Assembly: GCA_051362555.1 (NCBI GenBank) | Contig: CM120648.1 | Span: 11,590,587 to 11,654,586 of the forward strand | Direction of reading: 5' to 3' | Source: Lingula anatina | Lineage: Eukaryota > Animalia > Brachiopoda | Length of the DNA: 64,000 bases | Notes under the pieces: model-generated | What the model was told of the DNA's origin: nothing | Databases searched by the model: none | The model's input: the letters and a program-made list of their open reading frames with translations, nothing else | Made by a program: the position numbers and the translations under genes | Part shown: positions 63,287-64,000 of the stretch, piece by piece | Numbering within the stretch: the stretch's first letter is position 1 | Layout of the letters: each line of letters opens with the position of its first letter

Positions 63287-63746
63287 CTATAGAAAAAATA
63301 ATGCCAATTATGAACTTGAGTTTCAAAAATGCTTTCCTTAAGCTTTACACATGTTAAATTATTATTTCTTTAGAGTCTCCTAGTCAACCCCTCCCTTGCT
63401 CCAACCGACACCCTAAGGGAGGTGTCCCTCAATCAACCCTCCTCATATACAGTAGTAGTAATAATTATGTTTCCGTTGTATAATGTTTTAGAAACGTTTG
63501 AAAAGTATTAATCCCCATCCTGTGAATAGAAAGGGGCGGTCAAACAATGGAGAGCCTTCAAAATTCGAACGCAATAGTTTAGGCGTAATAACACAATAGC
63601 TTAAAGCCTCGGTCACAACCAGACGCACGAATTTCAGGATCGTACTTCCCCTGCGATTTTTGGATGTTGCGGAGGCCGTAGAGGTCGTAGAGGTAGAGGA
63701 AAGTCTGTCTTGCTAGTCACAAGGGCCACATGAGACGTCCTTTCAG

Positions 63747-63844
63747 CCCAGCAGACAAACGACATTGATTCACCGTTGAATCAACGTTAATTTTGGTGGA
63801 TCAACGTTGAATCAACGTAGAATCAATGTCGTTTGCCTGCTGGG
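63747..63844. mobile_element. 98-bp CCCAG-terminal MITE
   Basis: TIR CCCAGCAGRCAAACGACATTGATTC; 2-bp AG duplication; internal ttgaatcaacg repeats. Confidence 0.85.
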
Positions 63845-64000
63845 AGGCAGGAACGCTATAGCAAGGAGCGATGTTCGTGGAAATTGTACTCATTTCTTGA
63901 GTTTGTCTTGCTTCCCGTGTACGTGGCACACACTAACCACTTACGAAGGGAATGCAACGCACGGCGAAAGTACTGCCGTTTTGCGTCACTTTTGCTTCAC

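Overview
AT-rich, intron-containing animal (invertebrate-like) genomic DNA; the organism cannot be identified from the sequence alone. It holds one intronless class A GPCR on + (FMRFamide/peptide-receptor-like, ~6972-8102). Facing it on - is a tandem array of 12-exon MFS transporter genes resembling SLC18B1. The array has four complete, intact copies (15517-22616, 24091-32461, 38120-45843, 49520-56868), a fifth copy running off the right edge (exons 8-12), and a 3-exon pseudogene relic (~35850-37332). Because the paralogs act as empty-site controls, many transposon insertions can be delimited exactly (PIF/Harbinger-like TTA/TAA, Kolobok-like TTAA, CCC-terminal elements with 2-bp duplications). 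The most notable features are paralog-specific splice-site oddities (GC-AG donor in copies 1/2, a triplicated donor, an AG|GTAAGT last-exon acceptor, a 70-nt array of exon-9 half-copies). Also notable are a decayed Gypsy LTR element carried inside a young DNA transposon, a perfect 67-bp intronic hairpin in a three-level nest, and a visible tandem-duplication breakpoint. No novel system is proven; the diversifying transporter array is the best candidate.
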